Positions 26,578-26,955 of a DNA stretch of 26,955 nucleotides are shown here, one piece after another. Positions within the stretch are counted from its first letter, which is position 1; each line of letters starts with the position of its first letter. A program made the translations under genes and the position numbers. The stretch spans positions 1 to 26,955 of the forward strand of contig JBEKXL010000027.1 in NCBI GenBank assembly GCA_049512075.1. Reading direction: 5' to 3'. The notes under the pieces were generated by a model. That model had not been told where the DNA came from. It made no database searches and was given only the letters and a program-made list of their open reading frames with translations. Origin of the DNA: Candidatus Bathyarchaeia archaeon (GTDB lineage: Archaea; Thermoproteota; Bathyarchaeia; Bathyarchaeales; Bathycorpusculaceae).

Positions 26578-26829
26578 GCAAGAGCAAAATGCTGAGATTC
26601 TACATTAAGAACAATAGGTTTGTTTCGAAATCCAAATAGCACCGAAAGAGCGCGCTACAGTAGATGACGAACCCTTTCTGTATCTTCGTCAGACAGTAAC
26701 GACATATTGTTTTTAAGCGTCTTGTTGCTCATGGTATATCGGAGATACCAAAAATGTCGAGTCAAAAGCGAGTTTTCGGGAGAAAAACCGAACAACGTTG
26801 ATATCCACTCTGAACTTGAAAGTCGTAAA

Positions 26830-26955
26830 GTAGTTTCCCCCGGAGCAAGCTCCGGGGCTCTATGGTGTTGCTTCTTCTTGTTCTTCTCGTATGTATTTTC
26901 TGACGGCGTCGAGGTTTAGTCCGCCTACTGTGTTAACGCAGTATCCGCCTGCCCA
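26830..26955 (-). mobile_element. IS200/IS605-family element, right end (truncated by window)
   Basis: tnpA C-terminus followed by the perfect hairpin CCCCGGAGC-TT-GCTCCGGGG (26838-26857), a 4-nt spacer and a tetranucleotide end. Confidence 0.85.
26860..26955 (-). CDS. tnpA: IS200/IS605 Y1 (HUH) transposase, C-terminal 31 aa (partial; not in ORF track)
   Basis: Hand translation WAGGYCVNTVGGLNLDAVRKYIREEQEEATP* matches the W-GY---TVG...V--YI--Q motif containing the catalytic Tyr. Confidence 0.88.
   Translation of the reverse strand, partial: WAGGYCVNTVGGLNLDAVRKYIREEQEEATP

Noticed and set aside
12900-26700. CRISPR array or classical integron
   Set aside because: No regularly spaced 25-40 bp repeats; no intI; no convincing RYYYAAC...GTTRRRY hairpins; genes are in mixed orientation.
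26707-26919. 70-aa plus-strand ORF
   Set aside because: Runs across the IS end and antisense to tnpA; at most its first ~16 codons are a relic of a membrane-anchor tail.

Overview
Archaeal window, most likely Bathyarchaeia/TACK, judged from the 16S 3' end, RadA, TBP and Bathyarchaeia-style surface proteins; the taxon is inferred, not database-checked. Bases 1 to ~12.4 kb are housekeeping-like: the 3' end of a 16S rRNA with no linked tRNA or 23S, rqc2/rqcH, an EMC6-like membrane protein carrying an inserted carbohydrate-binding module, radA plus a coupled unknown gene, a two-subunit Fe-S fumarate/tartrate hydratase, three membrane proteins, Ard1/RimI, a degenerate LarA, an MBL hydrolase, pyrE and tbp. 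From ~12.6 kb to the end is an accessory tract of unrelated single genes in mixed orientation, including a truncated gene, ending in the right end of an IS200/IS605 element. The most striking unexplained signal is a (C)TAGCGCGCGC / GCGCGC motif. By eye it is absent from the first 12.9 kb, but it recurs in many spacers of the accessory tract, and GCGC-rich variants sit at all three domain junctions of a modular wHTH-TM-coiled coil-cohesin-dockerin gene. This could mark an undescribed gene/domain cassette-shuffling system, but no recombinase is visible in the window.
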